Below, piece by piece: positions 51,981 through 63,699 of a stretch of DNA of 64,000 nucleotides; position 1 is the first letter of the stretch, and the number at the start of each line of letters is the position of its first letter. The stretch comes from Leucoraja ocellata (Eukaryota), in the NCBI GenBank assembly GCA_036785375.1, contig JAWMAR010000021.1, positions 3,100,001 to 3,164,000 on the forward strand, in the 5' to 3' direction. Under the pieces are notes generated by a model, which saw only the letters and a program-made list of their open reading frames with translations, was not told where the DNA came from and did not search any database. Made by a program: the position numbers and the translations under genes.

Positions 51981-52901
51981 CTAAGGAAATAAAGCAAAAC
52001 AAAACAAAAATGTTAATACAATGAATGATTTTGTTTAAAATGTTGGGTTCAACATAGTGAACAATTTGTTTTTACTCTTCATGACAAATATATTCATATT
52101 ATACATTCAAGTTAGATACCCAATTGTTCATAATTACAAGCTACCTTAACTTGCAGGGTATATAGTTATTATTCTGCAAATATCATATTCCTCAAGGAAT
52201 AGCAGAAGGCAAGCTAGTACGTTAGTCTCCATTGTTAACATATTATTGTAACAGTTGTTGATGAGGCTTAAAAAATGTCATATACTTTCAAAGCACGACT
52301 TGGGGTAAGATATGAACATGCAATTACAGGTTACAATTGATAATATGTAGTCAGAAATTTACTGGAGATATTTAGTAAGGCAGCCTTCAATATTTATTGG
52401 ATGAGCACAACGAATGACATATCTAGAACAAGAATGATATCTTTTCCATCTTAAACCCCTGGAAAGCTTTGAAGAGTTAAGTAAATTAATGGATGAAGGT
52501 TACCAATTGATAAACATTAGGATTCGGAAAGCTTTTCACAATATATCACATGATATCAAAACACTTTTCTTAAATTAACACACAATTTAGCTAGTGAAAT
52601 TTAAATTCATTTAAATATAGAAAACAGACAATGCAGGTAAACAGCTGCTTGGACATGTGAATGCAAAGTCATGACAATTTCAGAATTTTTCTTGACAAAT
52701 TATGAAAATAAAAATGGATGTCAGTTAGTTACCACAAATAATTTTACTGTATCTAGGTACTTATGTCTATAAAGTATCTTGGAATGTTATTAGGTTGTTG
52801 TAAAACACAACTATTTCAATATTATCTTTTCAGGAGGAAGACCTGACATGGAATCACAGAAAACGCACGGTCCATTTTAATGTCGGCACAGTGGCGCAGC
52901 A

Positions 52902-53195
52902 GTAGAGTTGCTATCTTTCAAGGCCATAGACCCAGCTTCGATCCTGTCTATGTCCAGGCGCTGTCTGTACGGAGTTTGTACGTTCTCCCTGTGACCACCA
53001 TATTTTCCCAGAGTGCTCTGGTTTCCTCCCACACACCAAAAACGTACAGATTTGGACGTTAATTGGCTTCAGTAAAATTACAAATTGTACCTAGTACATG
53101 TAGGATAGTGCTAGTGTACGGGATAATCGCTGGCCGGCGCGGACTCGTTGGGCCAAATGGTCTGTTTCTACGCTGTATCCCTGAAGTTTAAAGTT
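52902..53195 (+). mobile_element. HE1-like SINE
   Basis: Head begins ~52884 (ggcacagtggcgcagcagtagag); core and tail present. Confidence 0.8.
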
Positions 53196-54146
53196 TTGTT
53201 CAATTCTCATCCTACTCTCTAGCCCTTGACCCATAATCCTGCAGGTCGTGGCTCCTCAAGTACATCCAGGCACTGTTTAAATGTGGTGAGAGGCTGTGCC
53301 TTGAACACTTTTTCTGATGGAGAATTCCTGACCCCCCCAACTAATAGTTTTTATAATTACTTTAAAATCTAAGCCCTGCAGTGTTTGATCCCTGTACACG
53401 ATAACCGGATATTTCCTTTAAGTCTAGCCAGCCCTTGTTGTAGCAGCTGGCTATCAATTTTCAGCTCAATAATTAATAAGATTATGATTTTGACACCATT
53501 CCTCTTATTGATAAAGACCACTGCAAATAAACAGTTAGCCTGGGTTTTGATGTGTTTTTGGCACCAATTTTACATGAAACTGCTGTCAGTTCACAATGAG
53601 AAAGCTGATAAACCCCAGGACATTGCCTGACTCCTCAAGACTATCTGACATTGTTCCTCTACTGACATGTAACTTTAGCTTGTTTACTCAGTCCACTTTA
53701 GTCAACTGCTTCCTCATGTTGTTGTTGCAGGAAAACAAAGGTGCAGTAAGTGGGCTAGGGTCATGCCTCCCGTGCCCCCGAGGACATTCTGGATGCTCCG
53801 AGGTCAGCTATGGGAGGTGCCCGAGGGCAGAGACTGAACGATGGCCACGTGAGGCGAGGGGCAGCGTGTTCATGCGTCGCCGTGTCCGGATAAAGGCATC
53901 AGTGGTATGGGCCGCTGGAGGTCTTGCAGAGCCTGGGACTCGGTTGGATTAGACGCTGCTCCAAGCGCTGGGATTGGACACAGCCTGCAGCCTCGGAGCA
54001 AAGATAGAGGACATCAACATCCTGCAACTCTGACTCAGTGCCACCGCCAAGACAACGGGCCTTTATGGCCAAGTTAAGACACTACATGTTTAACAACTTT
54101 AGACTTGAATCATATAAAATGGCGCCAGATATGTGGTTATTCTTGT

Positions 54147-54274
54147 TTAAGAAAGAACTGCAGATGCTGGAAAAATCAAAGGTAGACAAAAATGCTGGAG
54201 AAACTCAGCAGGTGAGGCAGCATCTATGGAGTGAAGGAATAGGTGACGTTTCGGGTCGAGACCCTTCTTCTTCA
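54147..54274 (-). mobile_element. Solo pLTR/hammerhead unit
   Basis: 11-bp TSD gttattcttgt (54136-54146 and 54275-54285). 5' end tgaagaagaagggtctcgacccgaaacgtcacc. Confidence 0.85.
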
Positions 54275-54700
54275 GTTATTCTTGTGTACTGTCTCAGTGT
54301 TGATCAGCCATGATCACATTGAATGGCGGTGCTGGCTCGAAGGGCCAAATGGCCTACTCCTGCACCTATTGTCTATTGTCATCCACTGTTCTTACACTCT
54401 TGAACTTAAGTATGATTGTGCTTGTATATTAAGATTTTTACTGAACTGTATGCATAAAATGGAATTTCACTGTACCTAGGTATGTTACAATAAAGTACCA
54501 TTGATTGCCTTTATTCAAATTGAAGACATTGCTTAGATATTGCTATGATATTCATCCTCAAATTGCATTTAGAATTTATCATATTGTAATCACTACCCCA
54601 TTGACAATTTTCAACTACAAGATCCCTTATTAATCCTTCAAGTACCCAGCTGATCTGGTAGTATCTGTGGAAGGAAATAGGCAGACAACATTTTGGGTTG

Positions 54701-54969
54701 GTGGGCGACAGATAGCACAATGGGCTAAGAGTTCGGCTGGTGATCGGAAGGTAGCCGGTTCAAATCCCGCTTGGAGTGCATACTGTCGTTGTGTCCTTGG
54801 GCAAGACACTTCACCCACCTTTGCCTGTAATGGAATGTACGGCGGCAGGCGCGGGCACACCGCGACGCCCTGTGTCTCCCTTTCAAGGGAGATGCTAAAA
54901 ATGCATTTCGTTGTCTCTGTACTGTACACTGACAATGACAATAAATTGAATCATTTCATTTTTTATTTT
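54701..54969 (+). mobile_element. Second tRNA-derived SINE family with a Rex/Babar-like 3' tail
   Basis: 14-bp TSD aacattttgggttg (54687-54700 and 54970-54983). A box (tagcacaatgg), B box (ggttcaaatccc), gtgtccttgggcaagacact core, and atttcgttg...caatgacaataaa tail. Confidence 0.85.
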
Positions 54970-55539
54970 AACATTTTGGGTTGTGATCCTTCTTCAGACT
55001 GACTGAAGTATGGGGGAGAAAGCTGGAAAAGAGAAGTGGGGCGTGACAAAACCTGGCAAGTGCTAGGTGGTTACAGGTGAGGGGTGACTGGCAGATGAGT
55101 GGAATAAGTAACAAAAGCTAGAAATTAAGTGTAGACCAAAGGGAGTCAGACAAAAAAAAAGGATTGGGAGTTAAAATGGTTAGCAACGGGGTGCTCCAGC
55201 AGGTCTTGGTGGATGTAGGGACTATATCATAATCTTGTGTTATCTATGCAATCAACTCATCTATCTTGTTGCAAATGCTTCACACAATCAAATAAATAAA
55301 ATTAAGCTTTGATTTTTTTCTATGGATATTCACAACTCTGGATTTGATCTGATGTATATATCTTTGTTTTCATCTTCTGTTTTACCACACACTTTTTCTA
55401 CCTTTTAATTAACCCTTCTATTAAGGATTAACTTATCTTCACTTCCAAGAAAATTGCCCTGTTTTCTGCAGGGACTGTTGCTGGTTCTGTGAATGGAAAG
55501 TCTCAAATCCATTGGTATCCAGATAGTGTATATAACATC

Positions 55540-55840
55540 ACAGTGATGCAGCTGGTACAGTTGCTGTCACACAGAGCCAGGGACCGGGTTCGATCCTGAC
55601 CTCTGGTGCTGTCTGTAAGGAGTTTGCACGTTCTCCCTGTGACTGCATGGGTTTCCTCCAGGTGCTCCTGTTGCGCCCACATCCCAAAGATGTGTAGGTT
55701 TGTAGGTTAATTGGCCCCAGTGTGTAGGGAGTGGATGTGAACGTGGAGTAACATAGAACTAGCGATTGATGGCGAGTGATAGGGGGGGAATTTGGTGGGC
55801 CAAAGGGCCTGTTTCCATGCTGTATCTCAACTAAACTAAA
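55540..55840 (+). mobile_element. HE1-like SINE
   Basis: ggttcgatcc B box, core and ctaaactaaa tail. Confidence 0.82.
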
Positions 55841-56560
55841 TTTCTATTGAATGCCTGGACCAGATGATTTAATTCTTTACATCCGCAAGAAACGGAGATC
55901 CAGCAGCTGTTATGTTTCTGACTGTAAATAGTTTGCCGCTGATTTAAATTTCTTATTAATTGCCATTTCTGGGGGAAAACAGTTAAGCTCTTTAACAGAA
56001 AGAAATCAGGATTCTAATAAGAATTGCTGACCTAAAACACTGGCTGTCTCTACATCTGCTGCTTTACTTGCAGAATGCTTTTAGCACTGTTTTTAAAACA
56101 ACTTTTCTATTTTCTACAGCAGTGAAAGGATTGCAGGCTGCAGCAATAGGACTCTTCCAAGCACAAAATAGGGAAGGTTCAGCAAAGATTTCTCTGAAAC
56201 ACTAAACGGTCAAAATTGCAAAACGGACTGCTGTTATTTGGCAAAAACAATATCAGGAACATGGGAAATTTTACAGAGATGCCAGTTGGCTCAAGGGTTT
56301 TTTGTTATCTCAATAACATCTCCAATCACTGCACCGCAGTCCTCAATTCAGTTGTTTCTTGAACACATTTATATTGTGATTCCATGTTCTGTTTTGGTAA
56401 TTAATTCCATCTGAATTATTACTGTTGTGAAACAGTTCTGTTGAAATTGAATTCCAACTTTTCAATTACTAAACTATATCCCCTCATTTATGAATTGAGG
56501 GTGAACAATTTATAATATCTATTAGATTTCATAGTAATTGCTATGATATTTTGAATTTAC

Positions 56561-56717
56561 CATCCTTGGCTTCCATAACCACAGAGAACATAAAATCTCT
56601 CGGAGTCATATATAATTCCCCTTCGTATTCCATTGAGGCAAATTGCTTGAAACGTTGTTTGCGACTTCCGGCGAATCCATAAAGTTCTCTGGTTTCTTCT
56701 TTATGCGGGCTTGGGTC
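56561..56717 (-). CDS. MICU2: MICU2 internal coding exon (157 nt; equivalent of human exon 2)
   Basis: Minus strand reads tctttttcttcaag|GACCCA...AAGGATG|gtaaat. It translates as DPSPHKEETRELYGFAGSRKQRFKQFASMEYEGELYMTPRDFMFSVVMEAKD(G). This matches recalled human MICU2 RKQRFMQFSSLEHEGEYYMTPRDFLFSVM better than MICU3 (FASIECEGQLFMTPYDF). Phase 0 to phase 1. Confidence 0.93.
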
Positions 56718-56821
56718 CTTGAAGAAAAAGATTTTGCATTAATATTAAAGAAATCATGGGATCCAAGTTAAGCTTAATGAAAAAATGCAATGTTATCGAG
56801 CAACATAAATTGATCAAAAAA

Positions 56822-56990
56822 GATTCAAGATTCAAGATTCAATTTAATTGTCATTTGGACCCCTTGAGGTCCAAACGAAATGTCATTTCTGCAGCCATAC
56901 ATTACAAACAAATAGACCCCAGACACAACATAATTTACATTTTACATAAACATCCATCACATTGCTGTGATGGAAGGCCAAAAAAACTAA
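56822..56990 (-). mobile_element. Short Rex/Babar-type 3'-end retroposon (second copy)
   Basis: High similarity to 22951-23126, with the same 5' boundary. Confidence 0.6.
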
Positions 56991-58367
56991 AAGAGCGATC
57001 AAATGATTTGGATAAGAAGGAACTGCAGATGCTGGTTTATACAGAGGATAGAGACACAACACTGGAGTAACTCAACGGGTCCGGCAGCATCTCTGGAGAA
57101 AAGGAATAGGAGATGTTACGGGTTGGGACCCTTCCTCAGACATTCCTCCATCCCGACATTATCATCAAACCCGCCAACAAGAGAGGTGCCGTTGTAGTCT
57201 GGCGAGCTGACCTCTACTGGGCTGAACTCTCAGACACCACTCTGTACTTACCCCAGGACCATGACCCCAGAGATGAGCACGGCCAAATTAAATGATCTGA
57301 GGAAGAATTCCGACCCTGAATCATCACCTATTCCTTTTCTCCAGAGATGCTGCTTGACTCGCTGAGAATCAAGTGATTTGTGGTGTTGATTCCTCTTTCA
57401 AACAATCACAGTATACCAAATATATTTGAGCTGCATAAGTGGAGGGCACTGGAGGAGCAGTAATGGAGAGAGTTAAGAGGAAATTAGAATACAAAAGTGC
57501 AGGGAGAGGGGTGACAAGGTGATGTGGTGGAAACACAAGGAACTGTTGGTGGTGGAATCTTGCATAGAACACAGTGCTGGAATAACTCTGCGGATCAGGC
57601 ATCTTCTTTGGAGAAACCAACTGAGCTATGGCTTTCAATCATGCAGCATAGACTAGGTTTCGTGTCCAGGAGAGACTGGTACTTCACTGCATCTCCCTCT
57701 CTTCCATCTCTCTGGTGCTCCTGTTGATTCCACAATCCAAACTCATCATGGTTCTCAAGACAGCAAGTTGGAGGATCAACCGTAACAGACAGACAGCATG
57801 GGGTCTGACGTCTGAGGCAAAATGCTCAGTCATGTATCAGGTGAAAGAAAATCAAATTCAATTTACCCATCCCCCCCAATTAGGACTTACAATTAACCTA
57901 TTAATTTGTAAATGCCTTAACTTCATGCATTAAAAACAATTATCTGGCAGCTCTAGTTTTCATACTCCTTATCATCAATGGGAGCTAGGTCAAAAGTGAT
58001 CCATAAAAGGCCTTCCTAGGCATGCTCATGTGATGGAGAATAAACTTTATACCTGGTTCTTGGATGGTTAAAGAGGTTGATATGGGTCCCGTAGACTTTG
58101 GGTGTGTCCGACAGGACGTGGGTTGGTGATGTATGAGGTAGGACAGTCGTTATATCTATGTGTCTCTATGCTCTGCAGTCAGGGACTGATGGTTATCGGT
58201 GTGTAGAAAAGAACTGCAGATGACGGTTTATACCGAAGACAGCCACAAAGTGCTGGAGTAACTTAGCGGGTCAGGCAGCATCTCTGGAGGAAAAGGATGG
58301 GTGATGTTTTAGGGTCAGGGTTCTTGGTGCCCTTTTTCCTGATTAGTCCGAAATTGTGCAGAAATAC

Positions 58368-58940
58368 TGAATGAATACGTTTATTGTCGTTGCACAATAC
58401 TGTCCAACGAAATTCCATTACATCTCCTCTGGTTAAAAAAAATCAAACACGACAACCATTAACACATATGTACACTTATTAATAAAATAATAAATAGGTA
58501 TTTTAAAAGAATTTAAAAGAATTTGGCGGCATTTCTTGGGATTACATTTTGCTTCCCCAGTGTTCTCTGTTGGAATTTAGCTCTTTTATCGCACATGGGT
58601 AGAAACTATTTTTTGGTGCGAGCCTTCAGAGGCCTGAATCGCCTCCCAGAGGGTAGCAGAGTAAAAAGGTGGTTGGCAGGGTGGGGTGTGTCCTGCTTGA
58701 TATTTGTGGCTCGGCGCAAGCATCGGGCCCTATATATGTCATCCAAGGAGGGCAGTTGGGCGTTTGTAATGCTCTGCGCAGTTTTTATAATTCCCTGCAG
58801 CACCCTCCTCTCAGCCACAGTACAGCTAGCAAACCACACCAGGATTCCATAGGAGAGGATACTTTCCACGGCGCATTGGTAGAAGGACAACAGCAGCGGC
58901 TGTGAGACGTTTGCTCTGGAGGTGCTTTCTAAAGATCATC
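58368..58940 (-). mobile_element. Rex1/Babar LINE 3' end
   Basis: SFYQCAVESILSYGILVWFASCT...HPANHLFTLLPSGRR. Confidence 0.9.
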
Positions 58941-58941
58941 C

Positions 58942-59929
58942 GTATATTAATGATTTGGACGAGGGAATTGAATGCAACATCTCCAAGTTTGCAGATGACA
59001 CGAAGCTGCGGGGCAGTGTTAGCTGTGAGCAGGATGCTAGGAGGCTGCAAGGTGACTTGGATAGGCTGGGTGAGTGGGAAAATGCATGGCAGATGCAGTA
59101 TAATGTGGATAAATGTGAGGTTATCCACTTTGCTGGCAAAAACAGGAAAGTAGACTATTATCTGAATGGTGGCCGATTAGGAAAAGGGGAGATGCAACGT
59201 GACCTGGGTGTCATGGTACACCAGTCATTAAAAGTAGGCATGCAGGTGCAGCAGGCAGTGAAAAAGGCAAATGGTATGTTAGCATTCATAGCAAAAGGAT
59301 TTGAGTATAGGAGCAGGGAGGTTCTACTGCAGTTGTACAGGGTCTTGGTGAGACCACACCTGTAGTATTGCGTACAGTTTTGGTCCCCTAATCTGAGGAA
59401 AGACATTCTTGCCATAGAGGGAGTACAGAGAAGGTTCACCAGACTGATTCCTGGGATGTCAGGGCTTTCATATGAAGAAAGACTGGATAGACTCGGTTTG
59501 TACTCGCTAGAATTTGGAAGATTGAGGGGGGATCTTATAGAAACTTACAAAATTCTTAAGGGGTTGGACAGCCTAGATGCAGGAAGATTGTTCCCGATGT
59601 TGGGGAAGTCCAGAACAAGGGGTCACAGTTTAAGGATAAGGGGGAAATATTTTAGGACCGAGATGAGGAAAACATTTTTCCACACAGAGAGTGGTGAATC
59701 TCTGGAATTCTCTGCCACAGAAGGTAGTTGAGGCCAGTTCATTGGCTATATTTAAGAGGGAGTTAGATGTGGCCCTTGTGGCTAAAGGGATCAGGGGGTA
59801 TGGAGAGAAAGCAGGTACAGGATACTGAGTTGGATGATCAGCCATGATCATATTGAATGCCGGTGCAGGCTCTAAGGGCCGAATGGCCTACACCTGCACC
59901 TATTTTCTATGTTTCTATGTTTCTATGTA
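58942..59929 (+). mobile_element. CR1 LINE 3' end
   Basis: YINDLDEGIECNISKFADDTKL through to the (tttctatg)n tail. Confidence 0.95.
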
Positions 59930-60069
59930 AAATAAATACATTAGGATTAGACATCTGGATTCAGTATAGCCGTTTCTGAATCCTCAATCCAGGCATGCGT
60001 TTGATTTTGTGGAGTATTAACACAATTTGTAGCCTTCAACAGAATCAAGGGAAATTGATTCCAAATTTA

Positions 60070-60410
60070 GAGTTAGAGTCATGCAGAGCAGAAACAGGCC
60101 CTTGAGCCCAACTTGCCCACACTGACCAACATGCCTCAGCTACCTCCCACCTGCCTGCGTTTGCCCCATATCCTCCTAAATCTGTCCTATCCATATACCT
60201 GTTGAATTGTTTCTTAAATGTTGCAATACCTCTTCTAGCAGCTCGTTCCATACAACCACCACCCTTTGTATGAAAAAGTTACTCCTCAGGTTCCTATCAA
60301 ATCCTTCCCCCTTCACTTTAAACCTATATCCTCTGGTTCTCGATTTCCCTACTTTAGGCAAGAGACTACCCAATCGTGCATCTACTCAATCTATTCCTTT
60401 CATGAGATAT
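60070..60410 (-). mobile_element. CR1 LINE 3' fragment
   Basis: SRTRGYRFKVKG..NFFIQRVVVVWNEL plus 3' UTR. Confidence 0.85.
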
Positions 60411-60805
60411 GGTTCCAGTTTACGTTATTTCTCCTCGCATAGATGTTAGATCCTTTCTGAGGATGGCATAAATAGGGTAGACAGTCAGAGCTGGGTTCAA
60501 ATGACATGGGTTCAAATGACAACAAATAAATTGTAATTGTAATAATTGTAATTTATTGATCTTTCAAGTTTGGAGTATCAGCAAATATTCACGCTGGGGA
60601 AAATGAGAGTTTAACTTAATGCAAATCAAATGAAAGGTTTCACATGCATGGGAGAAATTGCCAACTGTTGTTTATATAAGTTGATATATTTTTAGCACTA
60701 ACTTCACAATTTGTTCTTGGACATATGTCACAACATCTTTACAGTTGTAGAATTTCAACCATCATTTAATCAACGTGCGAGGTAAATATACACTGGTTAA
60801 ACATT

Positions 60806-61220
60806 GTAGATACAGCGCAGAAACAGGCGTTTCTGTCCACCGAGTCCACGCTGACCAGCAATCCCCATACACCAGCACTGCCCTACACACTAGGGACAAT
60901 TTACAGAAGCCAATCAACCTACAAATCTGTACATCTTTGGAGTGTAGGAGAAAGCCAGAGCATACGGAGAAAACCCACGCAGTCACAAGGAGGGGTGGAA
61001 GATTGCAACCTTCCCTGTTTCGACTAATGCAATCAAATCGACGTGCACAAACGGGAGATCAAATAGAACAAGTTGTCCAACAACTTTAGGCTGTGCACGC
61101 CACAGGAAAGAAGAAGTCACAAGGAAAACGTACAAATTCCATACGGACAGCACCAGTAGTCAGGTTCGAATCTGGGTCTCTGGCGCGGTGAGGCAACAAC
61201 TCTACCGCTGCACCACTGCA
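60806..61220 (-). mobile_element. HE1-like SINE with a nested 123-bp insertion
   Basis: SINE halves flank 60992-61114, which has an 11-bp TSD agtcacaagga. Confidence 0.82.
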
Positions 61221-61849
61221 TCATCCCCGTTACATATGTTCCAAGCTGACAAATTCCCTATATACTGTACAAAAGTACTTAAAGTAGATCTACACTTTCA
61301 TGCCAGCATATTCTGATCAGTGAAGATATAAAAACCTTGTAATTTATAACTGCTCCCAAGCTGAATATATTGGGTCACTCTCTACATACTAATGTGCATC
61401 GATAAATAATGTGGTAATCTGACTGCATTTCCTCTCCTGGCTAGATTTGATGGGATAAATAGAAGGAAGGAGTTCCCATTAGCAGATGGTTTAAAGACTG
61501 GGGCCACAGGGTTGAAATTTTAGGGAAATGTTAAAAGGCTTTTTTTGCGACACACTGATCGTAGTTTTGATCTGGAAAATCACCACCAACCAGAGTTTTG
61601 GAAGAGAATTCCCAACTCCCAGGCACTTGGGAGAGAAACATCGGCAAGGTAATGGGGAATAAAGATAAATAAGCCTGACCAGCTGAGTTTCTCCAACACT
61701 TTGTTGTTTTCTGCTCAAGATCCCAGCATCTGCAGCTTCTGATGGTTTGTTTTACTAGGAACTAGTCAGATGATTGAAACTGAAATGGTTGCAAAAACCT
61801 AAAACCTATGTCTAATATATATAATATAATATAATATATAATATAACAT

Positions 61850-62170
61850 AAAATACTGGAGAAACTCAGCGGGTGAGGCAGCATCTATGGAGAGAAGGAA
61901 TTGGCGACATTTCAGGTCAAGACCCTTCTTCAGACTAATGTCGGGGGTGGGGGAGGGGGGAGGGTATGACAAAGAAAGAATGTAGGCGGAGACTAGTGGG
62001 AGAACTGGGAATGGGGGGGGGGGGGGGGGGGGGGGGGATGAAGAGAGAGCAAGGGCTACCTGAAGTTAGAGAAGCCAATGTTCATTCCGCTGGGATGCAA
62101 ACTACCCAAGCGAAAAATGAAGTGATGTTCCTCCAATTTGCGCTGGGCCTCACTCTGACAATGGAAGATA
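61850..62170 (-). mobile_element. Penelope 3' end (GIY-YIG C-terminus and terminal repeat)
   Basis: Reverse complement of the 21050-21430 region, including agtctgaagaagggtcttgacctgaaatgtc. Confidence 0.8.
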
Positions 62171-62944
62171 GTGGAAACTCGAATGGCTGCAAAAACCTCA
62201 AATCAATGTGTCACAACTTCAATTTTTACCTCAAATTATGTCCCTCTTGAGCCATGAAGAGGGAAGATTTTCACATGGTTAGAGAATAGGCTGGTGTCAG
62301 CAGGGAGACCAGCCCAAAAACTGCCACCGATGCAGAAATGTGGTTTTGTTGTTTTTGAGTTGGCATCCATGGCTTATCCTTCGGGGAGAAAATTGGATTG
62401 AAGTAATGTGCTATGTGACAGAACTAGGATGTGGGTTTATCACCACAATTACCGCAGAGATCTCTTCTTGGTAACTTGTAGATGCTAGGCCCTTTTTTAC
62501 CAGTAGAGGGTTGAACACACAGAGCCAGGCATCCTTGCGCATTTTCTTGTTTGATAGACCAGCAAGGGTCTAATCATTGGCCTCCAATTAACAGTTTTAA
62601 CCAGTGAAATGATGCAAACAAAGTGAAAAAAAATTAAGTATTTTATTGAGCTAAGCTCAAAGTAACCTAGGAAACACACAAGATATGGCTTGGCACTAGC
62701 TTCAAAACATTTTTGAAAACTGACTCACTAAGCTTTGTTTATTGGATCTCAATGCTCCTGGCCAAAATTGATTTTGAGACAGCAGAAACTCGAATGGCTG
62801 CAAAAACCTCAAATCAATGTGTCACAACTTCACAATGCACTTAACAGTATACAACCCAAAATATTTACTTAATTTCTGACTGCTAATAGTTTGCACGCTT
62901 ATCATTTAAATTAATATCAGTTTTGCAAAAAGTCAACTTGTCGA

Positions 62945-63174
62945 AGTCCATAAGCTCTCGGAGCAGAATTCAGCCCATCAAATCTACTCCACCATTCAAT
63001 CATGGCTGATCTATCTTCCCCTCTCAATCCCTCTCCTGCCTTCTCCCTGTAATCCCTGATACCGATACTAATGGAGAATCTATTAATCTCAAAATCCTTT
63101 CAACTTTAAAAATATTAATTCTATAATTCTATATTGCCCCTCCAATAATATAAATAAAAAAATAGATAAATAGA

Positions 63175-63205
<31 letters not shown>

Positions 63206-63400
63206 ATAGGCTCCACAGAATTCTGTGGCAATGAATTCCACAGATTCACTATCCTCTGAGTAAAGAAATTCCTCCTCATCTATTTTCTAAAGGTCGTCCT
63301 TTTATTCAGGGGCTATGGCCTCTAGCCCTAAACTCTCCCACTAGTAGAAACATCCTCTCCACATCCATTCTATCCAGGCCTTTCATTATTCAATGTATTT
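62945..63400 (-). mobile_element. CR1 3' fragment containing an (AAAT)n microsatellite
   Basis: ccattcaatcatggctgatc UTR motif and ctgtggcaatgaattccacagattcac. Confidence 0.75.
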
Positions 63401-63660
63401 TCCAATTGTGTCAAGCTGGAAAGAGTGCAGAGAAGATTTACAGTCTGAAAAGACTGGACCCTTTCCCACCCCAACCAACACTTCACACCCACTCACAGCC
63501 TGACCTCAGTCTGCAAAGACTGGGCACATCTACACCCACTCTTCCCCATTCACCACTTCACACATACTTAGAGCACGACTCCAGTCTGAAAAGATTGTAG
63601 GTATACAAAAATGCTGGAGAAAGTCAGCGGGTGCAGCAGCATCTATGGAGCGAAGGAAAT

Positions 63661-63695
63661 GGGTGACGTTTCGGGCCGAAACCCTTCTTCAGACT
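63661..63695 (-). ncRNA. Minimal type-I hammerhead ribozyme motif (Penelope-type), best-preserved copy
   Basis: AGU-CUGAAGA-A-GGGU(UUCG)GCCC-GAAA-CG-UC^ACC. All core nucleotides are present, with a 4-bp stem II and a tetraloop. Part of pLTR unit 63598-63695. Confidence 0.65.
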
Positions 63696-63699
63696 AATT

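Larger units (their letters stand above)
3269..56560 (-). other. MICU2: MICU2 intron (~53.3 kb, GT-AG), densely filled with transposons
   Basis: Lies between the two phase-compatible exons. I found no other MICU-like coding segment inside it. Confidence 0.8.

Noticed and set aside
54701-54775. tRNA gene
   Set aside because: It is the head of a TSD-flanked SINE, and the same applies to the HE1-like SINE heads.
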